From Eledone cirrhosa (taxonomy: Eukaryota), in contig OZ024742.1 in NCBI GenBank assembly GCA_964016885.1, positions 92,566,001 through 92,630,000 on the forward strand: 64,000 nucleotides of DNA, in the 5' to 3' direction. The stretch's first letter is position 1, and each line of letters starts with the position of its first letter. The notes below the pieces were generated by a model that was not told the DNA's origin, did not search any database, and saw only the letters and a program-made list of their open reading frames with translations. The position numbers were made by a program, and so were the translations under genes. Shown here one piece after another: positions 12,393 through 25,910 of this stretch.

Positions 12393-12760
12393 TTAACATC
12401 TGCTTCTCTTTTTAATGTTAACAAGAGTCTGCAATAAATCATCTTCCCATGCCTTTCAGTTTTCATTTACAAATAACAATATTCTCAGAAACAATGCTCA
12501 ATATTTAATAACAATGTGCATGAATGAAGAAGCACATATGAGCTGTGAGAAAAATTGGGTAAAACAGAAATCAGATGTAGCATGCAAGAGAGAAGATTCT
12601 GCTGGTACTGGCATGTTGTGCATATAGATACTGATCATTGGGTGAAATAAAGCCAACCTAGTTAGTAACTGCAGAGATGTTGCAATGTGGACCCACACTA
12701 TTGATTCAATATAGAAAATGATGATGTTGATGATGATGATGATAAACTGATGCTACTGAC

Positions 12761-12877
12761 CTGAAAGTCGACACAACCCACAGGTAAGTGAGGCCTGTCT
12801 TCTAACATATTGAGGTATTCTGCCACCAAACCGGCAGCATGGATGAGACAATGGGCAGCTTCAGCATTGTTCTTTCG
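12761..12877 (-). CDS. DOCK7: DOCK7-like exon: [39 protein letters not shown]
   Basis: Polypyrimidine tract with AAG acceptor, CAG|GTCAGT donor, 117 nt. Confidence 0.95.
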
Positions 12878-13911
12878 CTTCAGAAGAAAACAGAAAAAAA
12901 GAGTGGAATTAACAAAACAATCTTGTATAATCGATAGAACATAGAGAAGGAAAAGACTAAATGTTGTTTTCAAAATATCAGATTTACTCCTGACCATTAT
13001 AGCTTACATTCAACAACCAAGAAGATAAAAGACAAGGTAAAAAAAAAGGTAGTACATTGTCAGATTAGAGCAAGGAAGCTATGGTTTAAAAAAAAACAGA
13101 TTTAGTCGTTTAGTTTACACATTGAAATCCCAACCCATCCTATCTATTTTATAAGGTATGGGATTTCTAGTAATGTTCTTTTTTTTGTCATGTATAACGT
13201 TTTTTAATGCCTAAGGAAAATTAATTATCACAGGAATGTTACCACTTCAAATCAAATTTTGCAAGAGATAGATTAGCAGTTAGTGGGAGTTAGAGTAGGG
13301 GATTTGGAAAAATCTGAAAAATTAATGGGAGCTGGCGATTATTCAAGAACCTGAGACTATGTTCCAAACTAAAGTTTAATAATGAAAAAGTTACATTACT
13401 AAATCTGAAGAAAAACTTAATCCTTTTCAAAATTAATTAAAAATCTAAGGCAGTATCTTTTAATACTATTATGATAATGAAAAGTTAGAACTTATCAGGA
13501 TTAGCTCACTTCTCCCACAGAAGTTGCCAATAATAGATTACTTAAATATGTAAAAGCAATTAGTTGACCGACTTAGCATGTTTACATAATGGCAAAGTGA
13601 TTAGAGAATTGGGCTTAAAATAATAAGGTTGTAGGTTTGATTGCCAAATTGAGATGCATGATATGTTCCTTCTAAAACACTTCATTTGACATTGCTCAAG
13701 TTCACTTCATTTAAAAAGCAACAGCAACTGGAATTTGACCTTGAGATGGACAGTCATCCTGTCTCAGTTGCTAGATACCAATTAAACTAGGATAGGCTCT
13801 GGCTTGATGACCCTCTGGGTTCAAGAGAAAGAAAAGAAAACGTTGACAGACTAACAATAATATTCTTTAAACATAGGTCTGCTGGATCAAAACTAAAACT
13901 CAAAACCAATG

Positions 13912-14070
13912 TATGAGGGTTGGCTGAAATCTTGCATTAATTTCAATTCTTCTTATTGATTACTGTGTGTTGTTTCCTTCCAGGGACTATGTTGAAAAAT
14001 AAACCCCATTTGGTCATTCCATGAGAGTATCTTGGTAGGCCTATGATCTTTTCGGCCAATGAACTTAACA
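13912..14070. mobile_element. Mariner-like MITE fragment; inverted related copy at about 57840-57990
   Basis: TA(C/T)GAGGGTTGGCTGA terminus and shared TTTGGTCATTCCATGAGAGTATCTTGGT. Confidence 0.6.
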
Positions 14071-14146
14071 GACTGTCGTACTTCTTATCTGAGGTAAGGA
14101 GATATGCAGCTTTAAGACAAAGACAGGTAAAAATATGTGTATATAC

Positions 14147-14323
14147 CTCACTGTGTTTACATCCCATAGTTTGTAGCCAGGTGAGTCGAAGGTCGGGTGA
14201 TGTCTGATAGCCCTTTGCTATACGGTACATTAGATCTATTAACATCTCTGGGTCTTCATTAAATTCTTTCATTTTCACGGTGTCGGATAGAATCATGTGT
14301 AAATTGAATACCAAGTCACGCAC
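14147..14323 (-). CDS. DOCK7: DOCK7-like exon: [59 protein letters not shown]
   Basis: TAG acceptor, GAG|GTATAT donor, 177 nt; highly conserved DOCK7 sequence. Confidence 0.97.
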
Positions 14324-15121
14324 CTACAAAACATTTACAATATACATATTTATACATACATAAATATATATGGAAAAATGGACATTAAATGATGATGATG
14401 ATGATAATGAGCTAAGTGAAAAAATGAAAAATCAGCACCAGAAGACAACACATACAATATCAGTGTATTAATTTAATGCTTAAAAGAAACAAATGTATGT
14501 ATATATTTACACACACACATATATATATACATTCTTAATAGTAAAGACTACTATACTGTAAGCTATAGTAAAACCAACCAGTCTAAAGCAACCAGAAAGT
14601 ATTTGTCCGATGCCCTGATGATTCTGCCAATCAATTGCCCTACATGACAATAACAATAATAATGATGATTATAGTAATGATATATTTATCATTAACATGT
14701 AAAATTTATTTGATTAGATCTATGTGCCTTGAATCAGCTGAATCAGAGCTAACTAAGGATTACACTGCAACAACAACATCAAACAAAGAGAAATTAAGTA
14801 TAGCAGTTGCAACAAGTGTTTTAAGGCTATTTCCCCCTGCTATAGCAGGGGTTTGCCTTGTGGGGCCCAACAAAACACTTCATACTTGCCATGTGGTCTA
14901 TTCTGAAGCAATGTTCTATAGCCAGATACCTTTCCTGATGCTAACAATTTTAGTAGCCAAGAAAGGTATCCTGCTGTAAAACATTGCTTCAAAAGACACT
15001 TCATGATAAATATAAAGCCTTTCATAAGGCCTGCAAGGACAATTCCTGCTTTAGCTGGAAAAAAATGTCAGTTTCTGTCCTTGCAAAAAGTTAGAGGAGG
15101 TCAAAGATCAAGAAAACATAC

Positions 15122-15280
15122 CTGTGCAGGAAATGTGGTGTTAACTAACTCGACATCAGCTTCTGCATATGTCAAAATTGTCTTCAGTGATTTTCGTAAA
15201 TATTCTTCATTAAACTTTTGGTTTTGTCCTACTAATGAACTCAGTGACATTGTTACCTGCATCTTTACACGTGCAAAATT
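15122..15280 (-). CDS. DOCK7: DOCK7-like exon: [53 protein letters not shown]
   Basis: TTTCTAG acceptor, CAG|GTATGT donor, 159 nt. Confidence 0.97.
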
Positions 15281-16234
15281 CTAGAAACAAAAATGAGGAT
15301 GAGGTGATGGAAAAATAACATTAAGATGGACATGCAGGTTCACAAAGTTATTTTTTAAAGAGTAGACACAGTATGGCCAAATAGTTAAGAAGTTTCACAA
15401 TCATAAAGTCCTGTGTTCGATCTCCCTTGGTGACCTCTTGGGAGACATCTTGGGCAAGTGTCATTTACCATGACCTCAGGTCAACTCAAGCCATGTTAGT
15501 GAATTTATGGAGAGAGAAACTGTTTGGAAGACAGTCAAATGGACTGTACCTGTAATTCAAAGAGTCAGCCATGTCACACAGTGTCATGATGAATGTTCAG
15601 CCACTTTCATGCTAAATTCACATCTAGGCAGTTCTGTTGTTCAAAAACTGCAGAATTCATCATTGAAACAAAAGGAAATCCATTTCATTTCTTAAGCAAG
15701 TAGAATATAATATCTGTAAGTGTGTGGCATAGTGGTTTTGGAGTTGGTCACAATTTTAATTTTGTGGGTTCAACTCCTGGTCAAGGTGACACAGTGTGTC
15801 ATTGAGCATAATACTTTATTTGATTTTGTCTCCTCTGCTGAAAATGAGTACCTGTTTGAAGCTAACCTTCCAAAGGTAAATTTAATGTAGATATAACAAG
15901 TTTTGGAATTATGTAAACACTTCCTGTTATTCCTTTTGTATACAGAATGCACTTTGAAGATTATTGCATTCTCATCATATCTACATTAAATTTACTTGAA
16001 TCATAAAAAGCAATCCAAATATGGAATACATGAGCATAATGTGGTTCTCTGAGCAGTCTAGTCTCAGGCCATGATGCTCCGCCCAACCCACGCCAGCATG
16101 GAAAATGGATGCAAAATGATGATAATGATTACAGACATACATACACATACAATCACAGAAACATATACACATACAAAGAGATACATACACACACATGTTC
16201 AGAGGACAACACTAAAAGTAGATGTTTGACTTAC

Positions 16235-16387
16235 ATTGCCCATCTCAAAGTTCTGCTTCATGAGCAGATAGAGGGAGGCTGCTGCATGTGACCGTGTGTT
16301 GCTGATACAGGAACTACAGTGACGTAGTAGACGGAGGCAGAGGTCAGCACATTGTTCTGTCTCTTCTTGGAATAGAAGTTCAGGGAA
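16235..16387 (-). CDS. DOCK7: DOCK7-like exon: [51 protein letters not shown]
   Basis: TTCCAG acceptor, GTAAGT donor, 153 nt. Confidence 0.97.
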
Positions 16388-16414
16388 CTGGAAAACAACA
16401 AATGGGGATTCAAG

Positions 16415-16606
16415 AAATAACTGTTTCTACTTTAGGCACAAGGCCAGCAATTACCCAGTGCATTACTGGTACTTTATTTTATCGACCCCGTAAGGATGAA
16501 AGGCAAAGTCAACCTCGGCGGGATTTGAACTCAGATTGTAAAGGGACGTAACTATGCTGGAAAGCATGGCGTCCGACCCTCTACCGATACTGCCAATCCA
16601 CCGCCC
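16415..16606 (-). mobile_element. Young tRNA-derived SINE, same subfamily as 12201-12392, opposite orientation
   Basis: Reverse complement of the 12201 copy with few mismatches. Confidence 0.85.
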
Positions 16607-16735
16607 GTCAAGAAATAACGCCAGTATAAAGTACCATACTAAAATATTAACTAAAACCTTGGAAGGTGATACAGCTGCATGACTGAAACAAATAAAAAAT
16701 TTAAAAAAAAACCCACAAAAACCTGTGAAACTTAC

Positions 16736-16867
16736 CTTGCTGACTAGTGATCTTTGTGTTGCCAACATATGTTGTAATACTGATGTACTTTGATTTAAAC
16801 CAAGACTGTGCAACAAAACCCGCAACGCGTAACCCAGGGTAGGCATCTCCATTGATGACTGTGCAAT
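16736..16867 (-). CDS. DOCK7: DOCK7-like exon: IAQSSMEMPTLGYALRVLLHSLGLNQSTSVLQHMLATQRSLVSK
   Basis: TTTATAG acceptor, AAG|GTAAGT donor, 132 nt. Confidence 0.95.
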
Positions 16868-18414
16868 CTATAAATGAGAATACATACATAAATATATATA
16901 TATATATACATGCACACATAAGTAAAAGAAAACAAAGTTTCAAATTAACATTTTTATTCTTCGAATGTGACATGTTTCACATTATATATATATATATATA
17001 TATCATTAAAAAAAATATGTGGGAGAAATATAGGAAACAGAAAATGCAGAAGAGACAAGTATATAGACAATTTCTGCTCATCAGTTATCTTTCTGGGGAT
17101 CATTATAGTTTCAGATGTAATATAAGGCAGGACTATTCTACACCAGTGCATCAATAGAAATCACGGAATTATCCATGGATAGCTATTTGGAATGAAAAGA
17201 CAATAGGTATTGGACAAAAAAAAAAACACACACACAGAAGAAATAACTACATACCGATATGGTACATGAAAATTGTTACAATCAAAAGCAACACAAATAA
17301 GGCCTAGGTAAATGTAGTACAAATAAAGGAATGAATTAAAAATTAATACTAGTTCAAGCAATAGCCCTAAAACTAATATTAATAGGAAGGACATGGCAGA
17401 GATGACAAGCCAGGTAGGTGTCAAAGGCTTTGAAAGGTAGGGCAGTATTATAACATATACTGGCAAGTGTTTTACAGGTTACAAATATTATCTGATGACA
17501 GGCCTCGATATTTATATTAGAACTAACTGCCTTTATTAATATAATCAATGTATGGCTAACTGAACACGTTTTTTCTAAAAATTATTTCCAATCCTGCCTC
17601 TTTTCATTCTCTAACTTTCTACTATATCTTTTATTTCTCATTCTATCTTCTGTTGAAGGACTAGTGTCTGAAACATAAAAACTCTTTTCCTACTATATCA
17701 AGTGTTAAACTAATATATTTCTTCAGTGCACTGTATTGTTTCCATTTACTTTCTGCATATATATTTCTCCTATGTACTCACAGGCTCATTGGTATTGAAT
17801 ACTCATTCTTCCATCATTCATTATCAAACCTATATATCTCTAGAGTAACAAGACTCGAGCTCGGCCTTAATAAATCTATCTATTTATCTATCCATCCATC
17901 CATCTCTCTCTCTACACACATACATGTATATAAGATAGATAGGTATGTTATTGGTTGGCAAAATATATGTACTCAATGAATGTATCAGAATAAGTATATA
18001 TATCTTTTTTATTGACATTTTGAAAATTACCCAGGGATGTCTTCTGCATAAAGAAAAATTTAATACTAATATGAATTGAAATTACACTTGTGGTCATTAG
18101 CTTTAATGACAGTTGCTGTATGTTGATTACATTAACTCATAATATCCTGTAATGATTTAGTGGAAAATATCTTACAGTGGGTTTGTTAATTCGAATGTTT
18201 ATAGTATCTTTACTAGTGGACAAATCATTGTGAAAATTTGCATTAAACCAAATTAAAGACAATTTTTAATGTGGTGTAGTCATAGTGCTGTTTGGTATTT
18301 TTCAAAAATGTCTTGCTAATGTGGTTCCAGGAGGTATAGGACATTAATTGTTAAGGTATGGTTGCAAATAGGATTATGAAAATATAGACAAGGATCAGGT
18401 GAAAGGTAACAAAC

Positions 18415-18517
18415 CTGTACGATGAGTTCCAATGTATCAATTGCTACCATGCTGACTTCAGCAGCAAGATTGCCTTCTACATGGGCATCGACTTCCACAT
18501 CACGACTGAACTTTTGA
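18415..18517 (-). CDS. DOCK7: DOCK7-like exon: (S)QKFSRDVEVDAHVEGNLAAEVSMVAIDTLELIVQ
   Basis: CCCAG acceptor, CAG|GTTTGT donor, 103 nt, phase 2 to 0; GNLA.E motif. Confidence 0.93.
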
Positions 18518-19602
18518 CTGGGTAGACAGATGAAATGAGAGAAAACAGATAAAGTATTTCACATTAGTTCTTAAAATACAACCACAATTTAGCAGAAAAT
18601 GTCTAAAAACAGGTTTGTTAATTCAGATGTTTATAATATCTATACTTGTGGACACATTATTGTGAACATTTATAGTATTAGACTAAAGACTTTATTATAT
18701 AATGTGGTGCAGTCAATTATGCTAAAAATGATGTTCTGTGAACATGGTGGTTAATTTATTACATAATAAAGTTAACTGCTGTTTTATATTTTACAAGAAT
18801 GTTTTGCTGCTGTGTTTTCATGTGGTACTGGATTTTAATAGTTAATAATACTAAGCACCCTGCATCACCACAAACATATTGAAGCCATTTTCTCTGCTGA
18901 AGTAGGAATTAACTTTGCAGGCTCCATGATGGTCTTTTATACTCATCATGAAGTCCTTTCTGAAGCAATGTTTTACAACTGGATGTCCTTTCTGGCATAA
19001 ACCCTTTCAGTTGTCTATTGACACATAGAGACAGAATGTGCCTATTCTAAATTGGATAAATCCTACATTATAACATTATACAGACACTCCACCCATGTCC
19101 ACTTTGAAAAAAATGGTATAAGTGTTTTAAAGTGAACAAGGGTGCGTCTATTCTATGGAAAAGTGAACAAACAATCTAAGTTAAAACTCCACTGTGGGTG
19201 ACTAACTCTTGTCCATCTGAGACACAAAAAAGTAGCTGTTAAGTATAAGCATTGATTCAATTAACCTCAGAGTTCACTGCCATTCAAGCAGACTTCTCAA
19301 TTGATTAAGTGTACCAGCTGTGTATCACCAGGAAAAGGCAAGGTGCCGAATTTGCAGAGCTATTAAGAATATTGAATACAATGCCTCACAGTATTTGTTC
19401 TGGCCTTCTGAATTCTGAGTTCAAATTTCACCAAGTACATATTTATCTTTTATTTCTCCGAAGTCAATACTGAGAAAACAGTAACTCCGATTGATTACTG
19501 ACTTGATGTGTGACGACCCATCGAACCCATGCCAGCATGAAAAAAAACAGATGTTAAATGATGATGATGTGACTTAAGGTTACAATGGGGTACAGTACAA
19601 AC

Positions 19603-19699
19603 CTTTCATAGTGTTCATGGGGCTGTTTCCATTGAAATTGGTCCTTCCGCCAGCGAAGACGACTTCCATCGGAATTCCCCGATGGAGGTGTACGCTCAC
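19603..19699 (-). CDS. DOCK7: DOCK7-like exon: (G)ERTPPSGNSDGSRLRWRKDQFQWKQPHEHYE
   Basis: TTTTTCAG acceptor, AG|GTTTGT donor, 97 nt, phase 1 to 2; LRWRKD motif. Confidence 0.93.
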
Positions 19700-20344
19700 C
19701 TGAAAAATAATGTAGGAGATTTATCAATTTTATAAACATATTTCTAATGAAATACTATGTTTTAATTAATCAATAAAGAATTTGGAAGGAATTACTAAAA
19801 TTATTAATTATTTCATTAAGATGGTATGTCACATAACAAATGGTTCTTATATATTGGTTGGAACTCTTTTAAAATGGGTGGTTTTGGGTGAGTTGATATC
19901 AAAAGTCTTAACTTTCAGAGGAATTGAAACAGCAGTAGCTCCAATTAAATGCTGATTTGGTCTGTAACGACCTAGTCAAGCTATATCAACCAAGTGGACA
20001 TAAAATGATGATGATGATAAACACTTTAAAATTAACAGCTTTGTATCATAAAACCATGGTGGGTTGGTATCATCATCACCATTTAATGTCTATTTTTCCA
20101 CACTAACATAGGTTGGACAAGTTGTCCCATTTGAGGTAAGTCAGATCAGGTGACCATGTCTTGCTCATACAGAACTGCTTCTGGCTTGGTTTCTACTGCT
20201 AGATACCCTTCCTCATGCCAACCACATTTATTGGGTGGACAGGGTGCTTTTTATCATGGCACCGAAACATCCACTTTACAGTGTGGGCTGGTCATTTTTT
20301 GTTGTGACACCAAAATGGTCTTTGGCAGAATTCCATGAAATTAC

Positions 20345-20492
20345 CTGAGTTACTGAAACTTGTTTGGCGTCGCCTTAGCATCATTTCAGTCCTAGCATTT
20401 GAATTTCCGAGAATTGCTTCTTCAAGACGTGTCTTCATGTCGACACTTCGCCTGAAAGTCTGCTGGGAATACTGGCTCATTGCTTTCTTACC
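20345..20492 (-). CDS. DOCK7: DOCK7-like exon: GKKAMSQYSQQTFRRSVDMKTRLEEAILGNSNARTEMMLRRRQTSFSNS
   Basis: CAG acceptor, CAG|GTAATT donor, 148 nt, phase 0 to 1; DM...LEEAILG motif. Confidence 0.94.
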
Positions 20493-20867
20493 CTGATATC
20501 AAAAGAGAAGGTAAGAGAAACATTATTGTAATCATTAACTCTCAATCCCTTACCGGGCTTTGGTGAGGTAACTATTATAATATTCTTTAAGGTTTTCAAT
20601 AAGCTTTTCACTGAAACTACAAGAGAAACATACTGAAAATATATTGAAATATGAAAGTTTTAACTAAACAAATAACTATAAAATGGAAACAATATAATAT
20701 AAATCTTTATATATAAATTTCTTGTTCAAGAAAAATATTTTACTTAGGAATAAGTTACGACAAAATGATTTTAATAACAGTAATAATAGCTATGATATAT
20801 ATCTCATGAACACTCAAATATAAATTGAAATAATCAACAACGCACACATGTGCATGTATATGAGTAT

Positions 20868-20908
<41 letters not shown>

Positions 20909-21015
20909 AGTATGAATATGGATAAGTAGGATGGTTTTAGTGTGTGGTTGGCTACAAGGAAGAATTAAGTCATGAAAAGGTAAAAGAAAATGCATCGCTA
21001 CAAAATATGAGTATG

Positions 21016-21057
<42 letters not shown>

Positions 21058-21429
21058 TGTGATCATGTGGTTGTGTGTATATATATATATATATATACAC
21101 TGATGAATGTTGGTGAGTTTAAGGTAGATAAAAACAAAACCTTCAAAAATAAATACAAATTTTTAAAAATGCAATGCCCCAGCATGGCCACAACCAGTAA
21201 AAGAGAGAGTAGAAATACAAGGTATCTGGAATGCATTATATGATAAATAAGTTTAGATAAATGAAGCATTAGGTTGAAAAATTAGGGTGCAGCAGTCAGG
21301 GATTTTAAGCAAAATTTAATTTAGGGGAAAGGGAAAGTCAAATATATTGACTCCAGTATTTGATTGGTTCTTTAATTTATTGACCTTGGAAGGATGAAAG
21401 GTAAAGTTGATCTGAGCAGGATTTTAAAC

Positions 21430-21860
21430 AATAATAATATCATATATCACACAGGAATTACAAATGTGTAGTGACAGGCAGGAGTAGTATAGAGAATATC
21501 ACATAGCACACAATGGCACAAGGGGTACTATTGATGATATCATATATAATACATGTTGGCACAGGGGGTACACAATTGTAGGAGGTCAGTATGGATACTA
21601 CACATGATATCATATATATCATATGTAGGTACAGGGGGTACACATTTATAGAGGTAGGCAGGGGTACTGTAGAGAATATCATATATCACATGTTGGTATT
21701 AGGGATACGAATTTGTAGGAGTAGCTGGGATACTATTGAGATCATATACCACACAGACGGTACTAATTTGTAGAAGGTAAATAGGTACACTAATACCATT
21801 TTACCTCCTACATATATTACTTGTTGGCACAGTGTGTCCTAATTTGTACTAGGTAAGCTG
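21430..21860. repeat. Degenerate minisatellite, unit about 70 bp
   Basis: Recurrent ATATCATAT...GGCACAGGGGGTAC...TTGTAGGAGGT. Confidence 0.7.
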
Positions 21861-22887
21861 AGGTAAGCCTGGTTGAATTCAAAACATGATTAAATACTGG
21901 TAAACCCTTCATCATTTTGTAAGCCAGGTTGAATTCAAAACACAAATAGTTATAAGCTTTTTACCAGGTGAGTGACCTAGTGGTTGGAGCGTGACATGAT
22001 CATAATGCCATGGGTTTAATTCCTGGACCAAGTGATGTATTGAGTTCTTGAGCAAAACACATCTTTCATGCTGCTCCAGTACATTCCAGTGAAAATGAAA
22101 AGCAGAAACAGGGACTTAACACTGTGATGGACAGGCGTCCTGTCCAGAGCAAAGTATTATACACATAATCTCTTGAAGTTGTGGAAACTGGGGTAAGCAT
22201 TGGTCTGATGAGCCTTTGGGCTTGGGACAGACGTTAAATTTTTTTTTTGTTAAGCTTTTCATCTGGGACACAACATGTAGCAACACATTCTCCAGTGGCA
22301 ACATGGTGCATTCGGCAACAGAAATAGATTTCATTGACCTACAAGCTGAAAATTGCAAGCTGTTAAAGTGTCGGCCACTTTCCAATAGGTTTGTTGTTAA
22401 AACTATAGCAGTTGAAACTTTTAGCATTCTTGGTCCCTGAGCCACCTCCCAACTCACTGCTATTGGGGGAGAATTGGCCCTGCCACTGAAGTGAGCCCCA
22501 TGAGTTGGAATGACTACTTTTACGTGTCTCCCTTGCAATCTACTGGGGTAACACTTTTTCCATTCTGTCCACTGGACCATGTGGTGACTTGCATCTGGGG
22601 TTTTGCATGCCAGAGAGAATTCTGCCACACTGTCCAGGCATGCATTATTAGGATAGTAAATATATACGTTGCTGATATCTATATCTGGCCACACATACAC
22701 ACAGTTAACAATTACAATTATATCAGTATTAAACATAGCATTTAATACTAAAAAGCCTTGTGAGATACAGTACTGAATCTGACATACAATCTAAATAAAA
22801 AGATAGTAGTTTCTTACATAGGCATTAGAATCTAGGAATTTTATGGAAGAGGAAATATGATGAGGCATTTATGCCTTGCTCAAAAGT

Positions 22888-23522
22888 ATCATCATCATCG
22901 TTTAACGTCCGTGTTCCACACTTGCATGGGTTTGGATGGGGGTTTTCCCACTTGAGGCAAGAGTGGTTATCTTGCTCGAATAGGACTATCTGGCGGGTTT
23001 TCTACAGCTGGATGCCCTTCCTAACACCAACCACATTTACAGTGTGGGGCTGGGAGGTTTTTACCGTGTTGCCTACACGGCCACATTACAGCGTGAACTG
23101 TGTGTTTTTTTGACGTGACACCTACACGATCTCATTTGTTTCGGCCTGGATGTTGTGGCACCAACATAACTTTACATTGAAAGGGGCGGTGTGGATGGGG
23201 TGGGGGTGTATTTTGTTAGAGATGCCTACTGACTGTAGTAGGTTTTACTTTGTATTTAGGTAAGGCGGGTCTTCTCTATTACTGAGTACCGCCAAAGGTC
23301 TCGGTCCAGTGACATTGTCTTGGTGAGGTGTAAGTGTGTGAGGTCGGAATTTATCAGCTCGTCCCAGGTTTTTCTGAGTCTGCCTATTCCGTGGCTACCG
23401 TCTATCTTTATTGCCCTGCACTTTGTTATACAGCTATCGTCCTTCATGCGCATCACGTGACCATACCAACGTAGCCTTCTCTCGAGTAAACAACATCTGA
23501 TCCTTCTTATTTCTAATTTTTT
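22888..23522 (-). mobile_element. 5'-truncated RTE LINE 3' end, near-identical to 7213-7865
   Basis: ORF MRMKDDSCITKCRAIKIDGSHG... and shared 3' UTR. Confidence 0.9.
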
Positions 23523-25342
23523 ACTGATGTAACTGCAATAGTCAACACCATGCCAACAATTATAAGTATTAATAATCCATATGAGACAACTTAGAAAAGA
23601 ACATTATATAAAAAGGATGAATTTACATCTCTTAGAAGAGAATGCTGTTACCTTGAATACATTTTGACTGTTACAAAGGGAATCAAACTTAATTGTTGGT
23701 GTTTGCATTTAAACTGAAGAAAACAGTTTAATTCTCAGAAACTGTTTATCAAAATAACAACAAGACCAGAAATTTGTGGGAAATCATACACAGAAAATAA
23801 TTTATTTAGAGTTGCTAGAGAGATAACTTTGATTTTCAAGGCAATGTGATGTAGGAATGGAATGGTTGAAGCGAACATCTTGTTAAAAGAAACCAAACAG
23901 GTAGGAATAAAGCATTTAAAGTTAAAGCAGGAGTAACAAATGCTTTGTTAATAGAGACCATATAGTTAGGAGTAAAAGCATACACATCAAAACAACATAA
24001 CCCTCATTGCAGTGGTATATGTGACTATACAGAGAGAATATGCTACATTAGTGTATCTAGTGGTGCTTTATTGTAGTGCATATGTAAAAAAGAAAGTGTG
24101 GAATTAGATGAGATAACTAACAAAAAATAAAAGTAAATAGCGACTTTTAGATCTTTCTTTATATGTAGAAAAATTATAATTCTGTTTAGGAGGCAATATT
24201 GACAATTACAAACTTATATGATTAGCAGTGGCATCTGGCAATGCCTGAATACTGAATATAGAAAAGAAAAATGCTTTTTTCTTTTGTTAAACTTAAATAA
24301 CAACTTTATTCATTTTACTTTCTCATTATCAAATATCCTACTCCCACTACATTAGAACTTTTAGTCTTTCTTCATCTCACCCTTTTTATGTATGAGTTAT
24401 TCATAATTTATGAAGATTCATAGAGAAACAAGATAAATGGACAAATTTTCACACTTATTACACAGATTTGTTTTTTGTCCCCCGGCCCTAATTCTTGCAT
24501 TTAATCAGGCAACTGAATAGTTAAAATCTCTTTGGTACAATTTCATCAAGCATCTATCATAAGGCATTCAGTAAAAAAAAAAAAAAAGTTAAATTTTTCA
24601 AAAATGCACTTTCTTTGAAATATCAGGCATCAGTTTCCAACCTAAATCAGCTAAAATTTAGAGAGCAAACAATGGGAAAGTTTTCAGGCAACAGATAGAT
24701 AGCTCAAAGCAGAAAACTCTTCACACTGCAGCATTACCCAACATTCATTGGCTTTTGTATTAATAAATATTTACCTGATATTTTTATATCATATAATTAT
24801 TTTGAAGAATCTTATTAATTTTCTATTCTCCATAAAAGGGGGATTGCTAAATTCAACCACATATATTATAATTACCTCAGTTAGCCAACCTAGTTAGATC
24901 TGGTAAGGTAAGGCTTGAAATTTGCTAGTGAGGGTCTTCAGTAGAGACCGAAGGCGCAAGAGACATAGAAGACATAAAACCATAGGAGATGTTTTATGAA
25001 AAAATCAAGAGCAGGTGTGGAACATGCGAAGATCTCTCTCCATGTTTAAAATGCCATAGTATCTAAAACATTCAAACATTAACTGAAGGAGCACTCAATA
25101 CATGTGAGTAGAGAGTTAATATTTTCTAAATAGAAAAATGGCAGTGACTTCCACCCTCGCTTCTTTTCTCATTTTCTTCTCGTTCCTTCCTCTTGTTTTA
25201 TCTTCTATTTCTAACTATCTTCTGATGAAGGACTAGTGTCTGAAATGTTAAAACTCTTTTCCTGTTATTTCAAGCATTAAACTATTATATTTCTTCAATG
25301 TACTGTCTCATTTGCTTTGTTATTACTGTTAACTTTTTACAT

Positions 25343-25373
<31 letters not shown>

Positions 25374-25499
25374 GACACACACAGATAGATAGATAGAATT
25401 GCAGGAGCTGGTGCAGTAATATGCTAGCTTCAGCATATTCGGTAATCAAAAGGAGAGAGGTAGGTGCAAAAGCCAAACTTGCTATCTTCAATTTGGTAT

Positions 25500-25910
25500 T
25501 CATGCCAAACTTTACCTATCATCATGCATTCAGGGTTCTTCCGAAGGGTCTTTGGGATAATATTACTCAATAGAGTGCGTAGCTTGGAGATCAGAGAGTC
25601 ACTCCAGGTAGAGCCACTACTTCTCCAAATTGAGAGATCACAGCTCCGGTACTATGGCCATATGCTTAGAATGTCTCAGGAAAGAATCACTGGGCAGATT
25701 TTACAGGTAAAACCAACTGGTAGGAGACCCGGGGTAAACCCCAAGCAAGATGGTTGAATAAAATCCATGAACTCGGCTGGTCTGGCTTGGGGATCTGGCC
25801 AGATCAGTTGGAAACGGTTGCTTCTGACAGGACCCACTTGAAGGAGTGCTTCAGGTCTCTGCCCCCATGACCCTCTCAGGAATATGTGGGCAAAGAAGAT
25901 AGATAGATAT
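25500..25910 (+). mobile_element. RTE/Expander(Rex3)-like LINE 3' fragment with (GATA)n tail
   Basis: Reads RVRSLEIRESLQVEPLLLQIERSQLRYYGHMLRM...PTGRRP. Confidence 0.8.

Noticed and set aside
22116-22736. 206-aa minus-strand ORF
   Set aside because: No recognisable domain or splice structure; overlaps SINE and retroelement remnants
23652-23713. 16-nt or 62-nt exon-like segment with AAG|GTAACA donor
   Set aside because: Not frame-preserving and no compatible partner found
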